DNA from: Hemiscyllium ocellatum
Lineage: Eukaryota
Direction: 5' to 3'
Length of the DNA: 64,000 nucleotides
NCBI RefSeq assembly: GCF_020745735.1
Contig: NC_083410.1
Location: 4,624,117-4,688,116, forward strand
A program made the translations under genes and the position numbers. Positions 25,794 through 39,300 of the stretch are shown here, piece by piece. Numbering within the stretch: the stretch's first letter is position 1; every line of letters begins with the position of its first letter. The notes beneath the pieces were generated by a model that was not told the origin of the DNA, ran no database searches, and saw only the letters and a list, made by a program, of their open reading frames with translations.

Positions 25794-26955
25794 TGTTGTG
25801 GTTCTGTTCGCTGAGCTGGGAATTTGTGTTGCAGACGTTTCGTCCCCTGTCTAGGTGACATCCTCAGTGCTTTGGAGCCTCCTGTGAAGCGCTTCTGTGA
25901 TCCTTACTCCGGCATTTGTAGTGGTTTGAATCTGCCGCTTCCAGTTGTCAGTTCCAGCTGTCCGCTGCAGTGGCCAGTATATTGGGTCCAGGTCGATTGG
26001 GTCCATTCCTAGACGTGATGGTACAGAGAACATCTAACGGAGAATTCAGCACAAAGGTATATAGGAAAGCCACACACACAGACCAAGTCCTGAACTACAA
26101 AAGCAATCACACCAACACACACAAAAGAAGTTGCATCAAGACACTATTCGAACGGGCCACAACACACCGCAGTACACCAGAACTGCAAAAAGAGGAAGAA
26201 GAACACCTATACAATGTATTCGCCAAAAACGGATATCCGCGCAATTTCATCAACAGATGCCTAAGGGAAAGACAACGGAACGAGGACATGCCGCAACCCA
26301 AAGGACTAGCCACACTACCATACATCAAGAGCATTTCCGAACTGACAGCCAGACTACTGCGACCACTAGGACTCATAATAGCACACAAACCAACAGCCAC
26401 TCTCAGACAACAACTCACCAGAACGAAGGACCCGATACCCAGCATGAGCAAAACCAATGTAGTGTACAAAATCCCATGCGAGGACTGCTCAAAACACTAC
26501 ATAGGACAAACAGGAAGACAGCTAATGATCTGCATCCATGAACACCAACCAGCCACAAAATGACACAACCAGCTATCCTTAGTAGCCACACACTCAGATG
26601 ACAAGCAACATGAGTTCGACTGGGACAACAGTACTATTATAGGACAAGCCAAACAGAGAACAGCCAGGGAATTCCTAGAGGCATAGCACTCATCCACAGA
26701 TTCAATCAATAAGCACATCGACATGGATCCAATATACCGACCGCTGCAACGGACAGCTGGAACTGACAACCAGAAGTGGCAGATTCAAACCACTACAAAT
26801 GCCGAAGGAAAGATCACAGAAGCGCTTCACAAGAGACTCCCAAGCATTGAGGATGTCACCTAGACAGGGGACGAAACGTCTGCAACACAAATTCCCAGCT
26901 CGGCGAACAGAACCACAACAACGAGCACCAGAGCTACAAATCTTCTCCCAAACTT
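25794..26955 (+). mobile_element. Truncated Penelope-like element with inverted terminal arm, nested in a CR1 fragment
   Basis: ORF KVYRKATHTDQVLNY..LPYIKSISE..NVVYKIPCEDC..YIGQTGR. 25794-26010 is the reverse complement of about 26715-26930. TSD tgaagtattgtgt at 25781-25793 and 26956-26968. Confidence 0.88.
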
Positions 26956-29531
26956 TGAAGTATTGTGTGCAGTTATAGGTCCCACACCACAGGAAGGATG
27001 TGACTGCTTTGGAGAGCGAATGTAAAAGTGATTTATGAAAATGGTTTGAGGGATGAGGAAATTCAGCGATGAGGACAGATTGAAGACGTTGGAGCTGTTC
27101 TCTCTGGAGAGAAGGTGGATGAGAGGAAATCTGATAAAAACCAAAGTTACTGTGGATGCTGGAAATCAGAAACAGAATTTGCTGGAAAAGCTCCACAGCA
27201 TTTGTAGAGATGAATCAAAGCTAATGTCTCAGCTCCAGTGACCTTTCCCCAGAAATTCTCATTTACAACTTTGAGCTCAATACTGAGTTCAACTCCTACA
27301 AATTGTGAACCCATTCCCTCCCTTTCTTTTGCTTGTTACATTCTTTGTCAGCATGTCCTCTCCCCCATCTCCATGGAGCTATGTTCTTCCTGAATGTCCC
27401 CTTCCAGAAGGAAGTGTATCTGTCACTGGTCACTGTGTTCCTGGAGCCGACTTTCTCCTGCCCAGTGTCTCTCTCAGGGCAGGTAGCTCTGTGTCAGTGT
27501 GAACACGCTGCTGTGTTTGTGCGTCGGTGGTGGAGTGGACAGTTGTGGACGTGATACCAGTCAAGAGGTTGCTTCATCCTGGATGGTATCAAGCTTCTTG
27601 GGTGTTGTTGGAACTGCACCCATCCAGGCAAGTCATCCACCACACTCCTGACTGGGGGTTGCAGGTGGTGGACAGTCTTTGAGGAGTCAAGAGGTCAGTT
27701 ACTTACTGCAGGATACCTAGGGTCTGACCTGCTCTCGTAGCCCATTTGTTTATCTGATGAGTGCAGATGGGTTTCGGGTCATCGATAACTCCTCGATATT
27801 GATAGTGGGGGATTGTCTCATGGCAATACCAATGAATGTTAAGGAACAATAATGAGATTGCCCCTTAATCAAGATGGGGTCACTGCCTGACACATGTGTG
27901 ATGCAGGTTTTACTTATCACACGTCAGCCCAAACCTGGATATTGTCCAGACCTTGCTGCATTTCAACATGGGCTGCTTCAGTGTCTGAGGAGTCACAAAT
28001 GGTCCTGAACATTGTGCAATCATTGACAAGCATCCTCATTTCTGACCTACTGATGGAGGAAAGACCATTGGTGGTTGCACCTTAGGGCTAGAGGGAGCTG
28101 CAGTGCTCCCAACTGAGCTCACCCTACTCTTCATTTGGAGATTCAGCCCATCCACAACAGGAAACATTTACTATCCCCCATCCTCAACTCCACCCTGGCC
28201 CTGAAGTGGATCCTCCCAATTGTTGCAGCCCTCAAGCCCTCATCCCTGTCTCTCTCAGACGGTGTAGTACAAATGTAATGAGACAGACTTGATTCAGGAG
28301 TTCAAGGTCAAGGAATCCTGAGGAACCAGTGACCCTGAGATGCTAGAATTTACATGGCAGTTTGAGAAGGAGATGATTGAATCACATGTAACAGAGTTAC
28401 AACTGAGCAAAGATTAGTACAAAGACATGAGGAAGGAGTTGGCCAGACTTGATTGGAAGGTAATTCAGAAGGGAAGATGGTGCAGCAGCAATGGCAGGGT
28501 TTCTGGGGTAATTTGGGAGACACAGCAGGAATTCATCCCAAGGAAGATGGAACATACTCAGCAGAGGCTGAGGCAAACATGACTGTCAGTACCCTCATTA
28601 TGCCCTGGTCAAATGACCTTTGTTGTCTCTCTCTTACATTTCAAATCGTTAAAAAAAAATCTGTTGCAATCCTCTTTTCACTTCTAGATCGCGTGTTCAC
28701 ATCTTTCATCTTCTCCACCTCATTGCTTTTTCAGTTATGCTCTGCTGGTCCTTAAAGGTTTCCCAGTCCTCTGGCTTCCCACTCATCTTCACCATGTATT
28801 CGACTTTTTATTTTACATTTCTGACTCCAGCCAGAACTTCAAGAGAATCCAGGGACAGAGGTGAGTGTAGCAGAAGAGGCTGGGGAAGCTGAAGGTATTT
28901 ATATAAGTGCATGAATGAGAAAGGTTTGGACGGTTGTGAGCCAGGCACAGGCAGGTGGGAATAGTTCATTTTGGGATTTTGATTGGGATGGACTGGTTGG
29001 AGTGAAAGGTGTGTTTCTGGGCCGTATATCCCTAAAGCTCAGCTAAGGAGATTAGAGGGGAGATGGTGGTGATCATTCAGGAATCATTCGTGTCAGGGAG
29101 AGTCCCAGAGTAAATGTTTAATGGAACACCCCTGTGATAAAGATGGATAGGGTCCTTATTAGTAAGGGGATCAAGGGTTACAGGGAAAACACAGGAGAAT
29201 GGGATTGAGAACCATATCAGTCGTGATCAAACAGTGGAACAGATATGATGGATCGAATGGCCTAATTCTGTTCCTCTACTTTATGGTCTCATTGTCCGAG
29301 TTCCACTCCACAGCCTTGAGCACAATATACTCTCTGAAGCTGTTGGTCAGTACAATGTGACACGAAAGAGCAAAGCTCAGAAGTTGTCTAAAACAGTTTG
29401 GTTTCTAATTAGTGACTAGAATCCACAACAACTGTTGATTATATCCAGGAGATTTTATCATGCCTGAATTTCCAGGTGATTGTTTTTCAGGTTTCTCATC
29501 TGTTCTGGTCTCAGTTATTTTCTATTCACAG

Positions 29532-31350
29532 GTCAGGATACATGGACAGTTCTTATCCAATCCCCTGAAGCTGTGACAGTGCCTGAGGGTAGGACAGTGA
29601 CATTTTATTGTGATCTGTGGAGCAGTAATGTCGATTACACTGTGGACAAATGTAATGTACACTGGAACCATTCCCGAGATGGGCCGATCATATTGGCACT
29701 TATCCAAACGGCGGTGTTTCCCAATCGAGAGGATTCTCTGAGCGGTTTCAGCTTTCCAGAACTGTGACCAGTAACAGCTACATTCTGACCATCAGAGAGC
29801 TGCAGCCCACAGGCCTCGGGGACCGAGGTCAACCGAGGCAAGAGCGAGGCCATGCTCTTCGGGAACTGGGCCGACCAATCCTTCATCCCATTCACCGTCA
29901 GGACTGACCACCTGAAGGTGCTGGGTTTTTGGTTCGGAGGGGCTGGGGCACGCGCCAAGTCTTGGGGGGAGTGTATCAAGAAAGTGAGGCAGAAACTGGG
30001 CACATGGAAGCTACGGTTGCTCTGCATCGTGGGTAAAAACCTGGTCATCAGGCGTGAGGCACTGTCAGTGTTGTTATACATGGCATAAGTCTGGCCTACT
30101 CCCAGAAACTGTGCCGCCACAGTCACCTGGGCCATCTTCATTTTGTATGGAGATCAAAGATGGCCATGGTCTGACGGGACTCGATGTACAAAGCTCTGGG
30201 CAACAGGGAAAAAAAACACACCCAATGCCACCCTCACCCTGATGGCCACCTTTGTGTATGGCTGCATCAGGCTGTGCGTGGATCCCCATACGCAAACACC
30301 AAGTGTCACTACGTACTGAGGTTCTACCTGTCCTTGGTGTTGCGAAGAATGGGCCTGGCCTCGCTGCCGCGGAACACTCCGAGTAGTTGGACCGTTCTGT
30401 ATTACCTGTCCTTCGTGGAGAAGTTTATGAAGAACAACACCTTTGACCACAAGTCCATCAGGAAGTGGTCAGCATGTAGTGTCCTTGAGACCCTTCAGGA
30501 AAAGGAGAGGGTGGATCCTATTGAGCAGTTCCCTCAGCAGACTATCAAAGCCATTTGACAGAATGCCTCATCACCAGAACTTTCCAACAAGCACCAAGAC
30601 ATGGCTTGGCTGGTGGTGAGAAGGGCTCTGCCTTTATGCACGCCCAGACTCTCAGCCGCACCGCACGCTGCCCTTGAAGCAGCTACAGGGGGGTCGAGAC
30701 TGTCACACACCTCCTTCTGGAATGCGCCTACGCAAAACAAGTCTGGAGACGAAGTTTGTCCCAAGCAACACTGTGACGCGGGACTCCGTGCTATATGGTA
30801 TCTTCCACGGAACGCACAGCGAGACGAACCTCAACTATGCCTGGAGGATCATCAACTCGGTGAAAGACACCCTTTGGTCTGTCTGAAACCTGATGATCCT
30901 CTAGCTGAAGGAGCTGACCCAGACTGAGTGTTGCGAACTGACACATTCCAAGGTCCAGGACTACGTGTTGAGGGACTCGCTGAAGCTTGGGGCAGCTGCC
31001 GCCAAGGCCCGGCAGAGAAAGACCACCGTGTAACGTCTGCCTGCCAAAGAAATGGGGGCCCACGCAGTAAGTGGGCTCCAATGACGCCTCAGCTAAATAT
31101 ATGGATATATGAATGGTAAACACACAGACCTATATATACAAATGATTAATTCCAAACTCTGTATGTAAAGAAATAGAATGTGTACATATGTGTGGCACCA
31201 CCAAATTACAGATCGTCAAAATATTTTATGAATCAAGTATATTTTTGAAATATAACAAAATCAGAGAGCTGCAGCTCAATGACACCAATACCTACATCTT
31301 TCAAATTTAGGGGAAAGTCTTTGGGAAAGGTACCCGGCTGAATGTGACCA
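29532..31350 (+). pseudogene. V3: disabled, divergent VJ-type exon split by a LINE (29532-29806 + 31276-31350)
   Basis: GQDTWTVLIQSPEAVTVPEGRTVTFYC...VHW, frameshift, GFSERFQLSR..SYILTIRELQ | insertion | LNDTNTYIFQI*GKVFGKGTRLNVT then gtaagt. Second Cys changed to Phe; W changed to stop. Confidence 0.88.
29807..31260 (+). mobile_element. 5'-truncated Tx1/L1-clade LINE inserted in V3
   Basis: VNRGKSEAMLFGNW, HLKVLGFWFG and AWLVVRRALP peptides; A-rich 3' end; TSD tcagagagctgcagc at 29792-29806 and 31261-31275. Confidence 0.88.
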
Positions 31351-31599
31351 GTAAGTATTCTCTAATACAGTATTGATTTGATTGCCAGTGATTTCACCAT
31401 GGAAGTAACCCGTTTAAATGTACATTTTATAAACTTTGTAACAGACCCAGTCCCAAACTCTCAACCCCCTCCACAGCCTCTTGGCCCCTCCCATGGGTTC
31501 TCAGCCCATTCCGTCCCAAACCTTGACCCCAGCAGAAGCAGCACAGTCAGCTCACTGCCCTGGATCATGGACCATTCCCCTGGCTCCTGCCAGTCAGTC

Positions 31600-32230
31600 A
31601 GGGAGTGACAGGGTGGGAGTGACAGAGTGGGAGTGACAGAGAGGGATTGACGGGGAGGGAATGACAGGAATGGAGCGAGTGACAGAGAGCGAGTGACAGA
31701 GAGGGGGTAACAGAGAGGGAGGGAGTGACAGAGATGGAGTGATAGAGATGGAGTAAGTGACAGAGAGGGAGTGACAGAGAGGGAGGGGGTGACAGGGAGG
31801 GAGTGAATGATAGACAGGGAACGAGAGACAGAGAGGGAGCGAGTGAGGCTGCGTGACAGTAAGAGTAAGGATGGGGGAACAGTGAGAGTGAACATGTAAT
31901 GTTTAGTGCAGGTCAATGAAAGTGAGTGAGTGAGTGCATGAGAGTGAGTAATCATGACTGAGGAGCGATGGTGAATATGGAGTGAGAGTGAGTAAGTATG
32001 AGTGAGTGATGGTGGGGAATGAGCAAGTGATGGTGAATGAGGGTCAGTAAGAATCAATGAGAGTGAATAAGGGAGAGTAAGTGATTCTGGGAAGTGAGTG
32101 TCGAAGCTGTGAGTGAGGCACGAGTGATTTATGAGTCAGGGTGACTGAGGGTTCAGTGAGAAGTGTCAGAGGAATGAGAGAGTGCGAATGTGTCAGGTGG
32201 ATGTGACGGTGAGTGAGGGTCAGAGGTGAG
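31600..32230. repeat. GA-rich low-complexity tract (gagtgacaga / gtgagt)
   Basis: Recurring gagtgac motifs with purine bias. Confidence 0.85.
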
Positions 32231-33399
32231 AATAATTGCAGATTGATTTTCAATGAGAATAAGCCATTAATTACAGGATTTTCAACTTGTTTTGGAGGAG
32301 AACTGGCTGGAGTCTGAAGTCAATACGATTTCTCTCCTTGATGGAAGAATGGGGCAGTTCAGAGAAAGCTTTGTTATCCCCATGTAAAAGATTAGTTCGT
32401 GACACTTCCACAGGAGGGTCTGCTTCAGAAGCTGAGTTTATTAGAAGACTGAAAAGTCTAATCTCAGTGTTGGATTTTCCAGTGAGGGGCAATCTCTCTC
32501 CAATTACCATTCCAACACTTCATTTTTACACAAAAGGAGGAACTTCCACATAACTGAGAGGAGATTTCAATCAGGACTCCTTCAGAAATGCAGAACTGTA
32601 TTTTTATTCTGACAGTTTTTGTGGAGCACAGAATGTCACTGCCAGCTGTAGGAAACCTTTTGCCAGTTCCAAAGCCAAGACTTCAATGCAGAAGCAAACC
32701 TTATGCTTTTCTTCACTTGCTTTGTTCACTAAGACCACACCCAAATCCTCACTGCTTCTCTTTCAAATCATTCCTGGCCAAGCCCCCTAACCTTATTCCT
32801 CTTCCCTGGTATAGCTCTAGAAATCATGACCCACTAATCCAGGAGGCATCACAAATGGTCACGATTTTAAGAGGCACGCAAATCCCACTTTTAACTTTTT
32901 TTTGGAACCAAATTCACAGAGAGCACTGACCAAGTACCAGAACATCACAAGAATTAATACTCATTGCAGATGAATGGACTGCACCTACTCATAAACACTT
33001 ACAAACCTTCACCATATCCCTCTACTGTTTAATATTCAAACTCTGTTATAAACTCCTCTTGCATATATCTACAGACAAAAACAAAATAACCATGGGTGTG
33101 ATGGGTGGAGGGTAAGACTGGGAAAGCAGTTGACCGTCCCACTTCCCAGGGTTCACTGAGACAGTCCCTATGGCTGGTTGGGGACTTGCTGTTCCTTGAT
33201 GCTCCCTTTCCAATGCTTTCACTGGTTTGAAACAGATTCAGGGAGTCTGGCTCACATTCTGGATCCACTCACTGTGGGATCAGTGTGATGGATTTCCGCT
33301 TGAGAGTCACCATACAGACTCAATAGTTTCTCTTCAATTCAATCGCCTGAAACACATCACAGGTGGAGGCAACAACAACCTGCATTGAAATAGCTCCAC

Positions 33400-36300
33400 T
33401 GTTATGACAGAGAACTCTCAAATTCCACAATTTAAAGAAAATAATATCACGAGTTTATCATTTAACTCAAAAGTTCAATATTAAACAACAATTATTCATA
33501 ACACTAAGACCCTCCCCCTCTTAAATGCTTATTATGTGTCCCCAACTCTAAAACAATATACTGTTCCAATAAGGCACACAGTAAAATTACATCAACTTTA
33601 TTTCAAAATCATACAATGGCTGTCATCTTCCGACTGAAGGACTCCCTGGACTGTCTTCTTCCTTTTTACTCCGAATATGTGTCATATAAAAAGGTACCTT
33701 CAACAGAGAGATTTTCCTAATTGCTTGGATCTGTGTTGATGACAGTTGTTCTGTACAATTTTCAAAATGACTGCCTTTCTATATTCCCAGCATTGGATTG
33801 AATCATTGGTTTGATGTTGGCAAAACAAGAAATTCATACACAATTGGTTTTTAGTATCCTGGGGCATAATTTAAACTGATTGTTAAATTCAAATTGTTGT
33901 CAAAAGAGCAACCAACTCAGGTATCTATTTCACAGCCAAAACTACATAGTTTCAATTTTCCAGTACACTCTGAGACTGCCATCTAGCCATATGACAGGTG
34001 CTTGTTAGTTCTCAGTGTAGAACAGCATTCACTTTCTCTTAAAGGTACACACCTTCAACTTCACATCACCTCGCCAATTAAGAACACAAAATGAATCATC
34101 ATAATGAAAATGATTGCCTTTTTAAAATTTTTAATCCCATTACACTGAAATACATGGATCTGAAATCAAAGTTCACATTAATTTCTGCACAAATACATGT
34201 AACATTGGAATCTGTCCAATTTTATTGATACTTTGTGCTTTAAATCTGTGACAACACATCTGCTATCACATTTTTACAACCTGCAACATGTACAGTTTGT
34301 AAATCAAAGGTCTGCTGCCTAAGACTCCCAAGAAATAGTCTCATTTTTTTTTTGTCTTTAAATCATTTCAAGAATGTCAGAGGATTGTGATCCGTGTACA
34401 CAACTGGCTCCGACACATTGTTCATCACATAAACTCAATAATTCTCTTTCCATGGCTGAGTATTTTCTCTGGTAAGTGTTCAGTTTCTTTGAAAAGGATC
34501 CAACTGGCCATTCAATTCCATCATCATCTTCCTGTAGCAGTACAGCTCCAACTCCTGTATCGTTAGCATCGAATGCAACTTTGAAGGGTTTCAAAAAATT
34601 TGATGTAGCTAAAACTGGTACCGTGGTTAATACTACTTTTAAATTGTCAAATGCCTCCTGGCATTGTTCTGTCCACTGAAATTTTGTGTTCATTCGTAAA
34701 TCTGTTAGCAGTGGAACCACGCTGCTGAAGATTCGAACAAACATTTCGTAGAATCCGCCTTGCCCAAAAATCAAAGCACCTCTTTCTTTGAGGATGGTGG
34801 TGGAAATTCCTCAATGGCTTTCATCTTCACATTAATTGGAATCAGCCTTCCATGACACATGTTATGACCCAAGGCCATCACCTCTGCCTTCACGAATTCT
34901 GTTTTCTTTAAGTTTATTAACAGATTTGCTTCTCATAACAATTCAAAGAGCTCTGCCAACTGTACCACATGATCTTTCCATGACTCACGAAAGATCAATA
35001 CATCATCTAGATAAACTGCACAGTTGCATTAATCCAGCCACAACTCTGTTCATGAGTCTTTGGAATGTGGCTGGTGCATCCTTCATTCCAAAAGGAATCA
35101 CTTTGAATTGATATACCCCATTTGGGGTTACAAGTGCAGTAACTTATTTTGCTTTGTCTGATAAAGGTACCTGCCAATAACCACATAGTAAGTCCAACTT
35201 TGCGATGTAACTGGCTTGTCCAACTTTCTCTATAAAATCCTCCAATCTTGGTATTGGATATGAATCCAATTTTGTTATGGTATTGACCTCCCAGGAGTCC
35301 ACACAAAATAGTTGCATCCTATCAGGTTTGGGAACTAACACAATTGGTGAACTTCACTCCCTCTGACTAGGATTCAATGATAACTTATTTGAGCATCGCA
35401 TCCACTTCCTTCTGGACCTGTGTGGCTTTGAAAGGATTAAGTCTGTAGGGGTGTTGTTCCATTAGATCAGCATTTCCTACTTCCACATCGTGCACAACAG
35501 TATGAGTGTTCCCCGTCTAATTCCTGTATATGTCCTCATACTGCTGTGATAAACCTTTCAACTGGGCTCTTCACTCCAGGGACAGATAGTTCACTAATCT
35601 ATCCCACTCCTCAAAGGCTTGCTCATTATTTAACGTATTTTGAGACACATCAAACTCCATTACATATGGATTTGGTTCCTCATTCTGTGGGGCAGTAACT
35701 AACACCTGTTTCTCCAGTTCCCTGTCTCTATTATAATAAGGTTTCAACAAATACACATGACATATCTGATACAGATTATTTTCTCTCCGGCATCTTTACC
35801 AGATAGATTACTTGAGTTATTTTTTTTCTCAGTTTGATAGGGATCACTATACCTGGCTTTAAAGGGATCGCCTACCACTGTTAACAATACTAATGCATCA
35901 TCCCCATGAGAAAATGTCCAATTGTTAGAGATTTTATCTGCCACCTGCTTCAAAGAACAAAGAACAAAAAAAATACAGCCCAGAAACAGGCCCTTCAGCC
36001 CTCAAGTCTTGAACCGATCCAAATCCACTGTCTAAACCTATCGCCCAATTCCTGAACATCTGTATCTCTCTGCTCCCCACCTACTCATGCATCTGTCCAG
36101 ACGCACCTTAAATGAATCAACCGTGCCTGTCTCTACTACATCTGCTGGCAATGTGTTCCAGGCACGCATCACCCTCTGTGTAAAGTACTTGCCACGTATA
36201 TCCCCCTTAAAGTTTTCATCTCTCACCTTGAACGCATGATCTCTCATTATTGAATCCCTCAACCTGGGAAAAGCGTATCTCTATCTACCCTGTCTATACC

Positions 36301-39300
36301 CTTCATAATTTTGAAGACCTCAATCAGCTCTCCCCTCAAGCTCCTTTTTTCTAATGCTTTATTAGAACTAAACAACAGCTTCATTCTACGCTGCGCCCTC
36401 TTCAGCTGCAGTTTTGCTAACTCACTTACCTGATTTAATCTCTCCCTTGTCTCAGATACATAATCCAAGTGTGAGAGCTCCGATTTTGGCCCTGTTAATT
36501 TTTCTTTAACTAATTTCAAAGGCCCTCTCACTTCATGTCCAAACATTAACTCAAAGGGAGTAAACTGAGTCAATTCATTTGGGGCATCTTTAATGGCAAA
36601 CATTACGAATGGGATACCTTTATCCCAATCATTTGTGTAATCCTGACAGTACATTCTTAACATGGTCTTCAGGGTCTGATGCCACCTTTCCAAAGCTCCC
36701 TGGGATTCAGGATGGTATGCACTTGATTAAAAGTGCTGTATGCCTAAGCTATCCATGACTTCCTTAAACAGCTTAGCAGTAAGATTCCATAGCCCATACC
36801 ATGAAAAGAAAGATACTGACCCTCTGCCACTCTTGTTGCATTTATATTCCGTAATGGAATTGGCTCTGGAAATCTGGTGGACACATCCATTATGGTTAGG
36901 AAGCACTGGTTCCCAATTTTAGTTTTCCAGAGGGGACCTACACAATCAATCATAACCCACATGAAAGGTTCTTCACATGCAGGAATTGTGCTGGTTTTAT
37001 TACTGCCGGTGGCTTACCTACTATATCACACACGACACATACAGCAGGACTTAACCACATCCTTGTGCATTCCAGGCCAATAAAAATGCTTTTGTATCTT
37101 TGCCTGAGTCTTACTCACACCTCGGTGACCTCCTTCTGGTAATTTGTGTGCTTCCCGAAGCACTTCTTGTCAGGATGTTACCAGCAACACAATCTGGTGA
37201 ACTTCTGCCCATCTCTCCTCTGCACTAACCTGCCGTGATCTCCATTTTCATCTTAGGGTTTTATCTTTAAGATAATAACACTCAGGAATACGTTCTGATT
37301 TCTTTTCTCAATATACATCAACATATGTGTCTTTTATTGTCTCGACTTTCTGTTGTAAGCCGATTAGCCTTTCAGGATTAGTACTTCTGCCTGACCCTCT
37401 GCCTGTTAAGGTTTTCCTGCACATTTACATTAAACAGAGCATGCACTAACTGAATTTCAACTATTTCATTTTTCTCTTTAGTTTTTGCTTCTTACTGTGC
37501 CTTATGATAGTGGGATCTTGTTACTTCACAGTCTGGAAAAATTCCACATAGGTACCAACGACATAGGTCGGAAGAGGGAAAGAGATGTAAGGCAGGCCTT
37601 CAGGAAGATAGGGTGGAAGCTGAGAGCTAAAACAAACAGATTTGTTATCTCTGGTTTGTTACCCATGCCACGTGATAGCGAGGTAAGGAATAGTGAGAGA
37701 TATCAGTTGAACACGTGGCGGCAGGGATGGTGCAGGAGGGAGGATATCAAGTAAATGGATAATTGGGGCTCATACTGGGGAAGGTGAGACTTGTACAAAC
37801 AGGACAGTCTTCGCTGGAATCAGAGGGGTACTAATATCCTGAGTGGGAAATCTGCTGGTGCTATTCAGGTGGGTTTAAACTAGCTCAGCAGGGGGATAGG
37901 AACCTGAGGTGTAGTGTACTTCCAGTGCACAGGAGGATGAGAGTAGGAAGGACAGGGACAGGATTCAGGGTCGCAGGAATGTGCTGGCAGACAGCAAGCT
38001 GCATTGACTGGAAATGTTACAACTCTAGTACATCAGATGGATCAGTTTTTGTCCAATGTGTGCAGGAGGGTTTCCTGACACAGTATGTCAAAGGGCCGAC
38101 AAGAGGGGAGGCCACACTGGATCTGGTGCTTGGTAATGAACCAGGCCAGGTGTTTGATTTAGTGACAGGTGAGCACTTTGGAGAGAGCGACAATAATTCA
38201 GTTATGTTTCATTTAGCGATGGAAAGGGATAGATACATGTCACAGGGCAAGAGTTATTGATGGGGCACGGGCAATTATAATGTGATTAGGCAAGAATTAG
38301 GATGCATAGAATGGGGTAGCAAAATGTGGTGGATGGAGACAATAGAAATGTAGAGCTGGTTTAAGGAACAGATATTGTATGTCCTTGATAGATATGTCCC
38401 TGTCAGGCAGGGAGGAAGTGATAAGGTAAGGGAACCATGGTTTACTACAGAAATTGCAACTCTTCTTAAGCAGAAGGAGGCTTATGTGATGATGAGACGA
38501 GATGGTTGAGATGAGGCGATGGAGAGTGACAGAGTAGCTAGGAAGAATTTAAAGAGAGAGTTAAGAAGAGCAAAAACAGAACATGAGCAGTCTTTAGCAA
38601 GTAGAATAAAGGAAAACCCTAAAACTTTCTATAGGAATGTGAGGGATAAAAGTATGACTTGGGTAGGATTAGGGCCAGCCAAAGACAGAAGTGGGAAGTT
38701 GAGTGTGGACCCTGTGGAGATCAGAGAAGTGCTAAACGAATATATCTCATTGATTTTCACCCAGGAAAAGGAGAATATTGTAGAGGAGAAGGATCAGATA
38801 CAATATATTAGATTAGAAAGAATCGAGGTTAGTAAGGAAGAAGTATTATCAATTCTAGAAGGAGTGAAAGTAAACAAGTCCCCTGGGCTAGATGGGATTC
38901 ATCCAAGGATTCTCTGGGAAGCTAGGGAGGAGGTATTGGGGCCTTTGGCTTTGATCTTTCAGTCATCATTGTTTACAGGATTAGTCCCAAAGGATTAGGG
39001 AATTGCAAATGTTGTGCCCATGTTCAAGAAGGGCAGTAGAGATGACCCTGGTAATTATAGACGAGTGAGCCCTATGGCTGTTGTCGGAAACGTTTTGGAA
39101 AGGATTATGAGAGATAGGATTTATAATCATCTAGCAAACAACTTGATTGCAGATAGTCAACATGGTTTCATCAAGGGTTGGTCATGTCTCACAAACCTCA
39201 TTGAGATTTTTGAGAAGGTGACCAAACAAGTGGATTAGAGTATCGCAGTTGATGTGGTATACGTGGACTTCAGTAAAGCCTTTGATTAGTTCCACATGGT

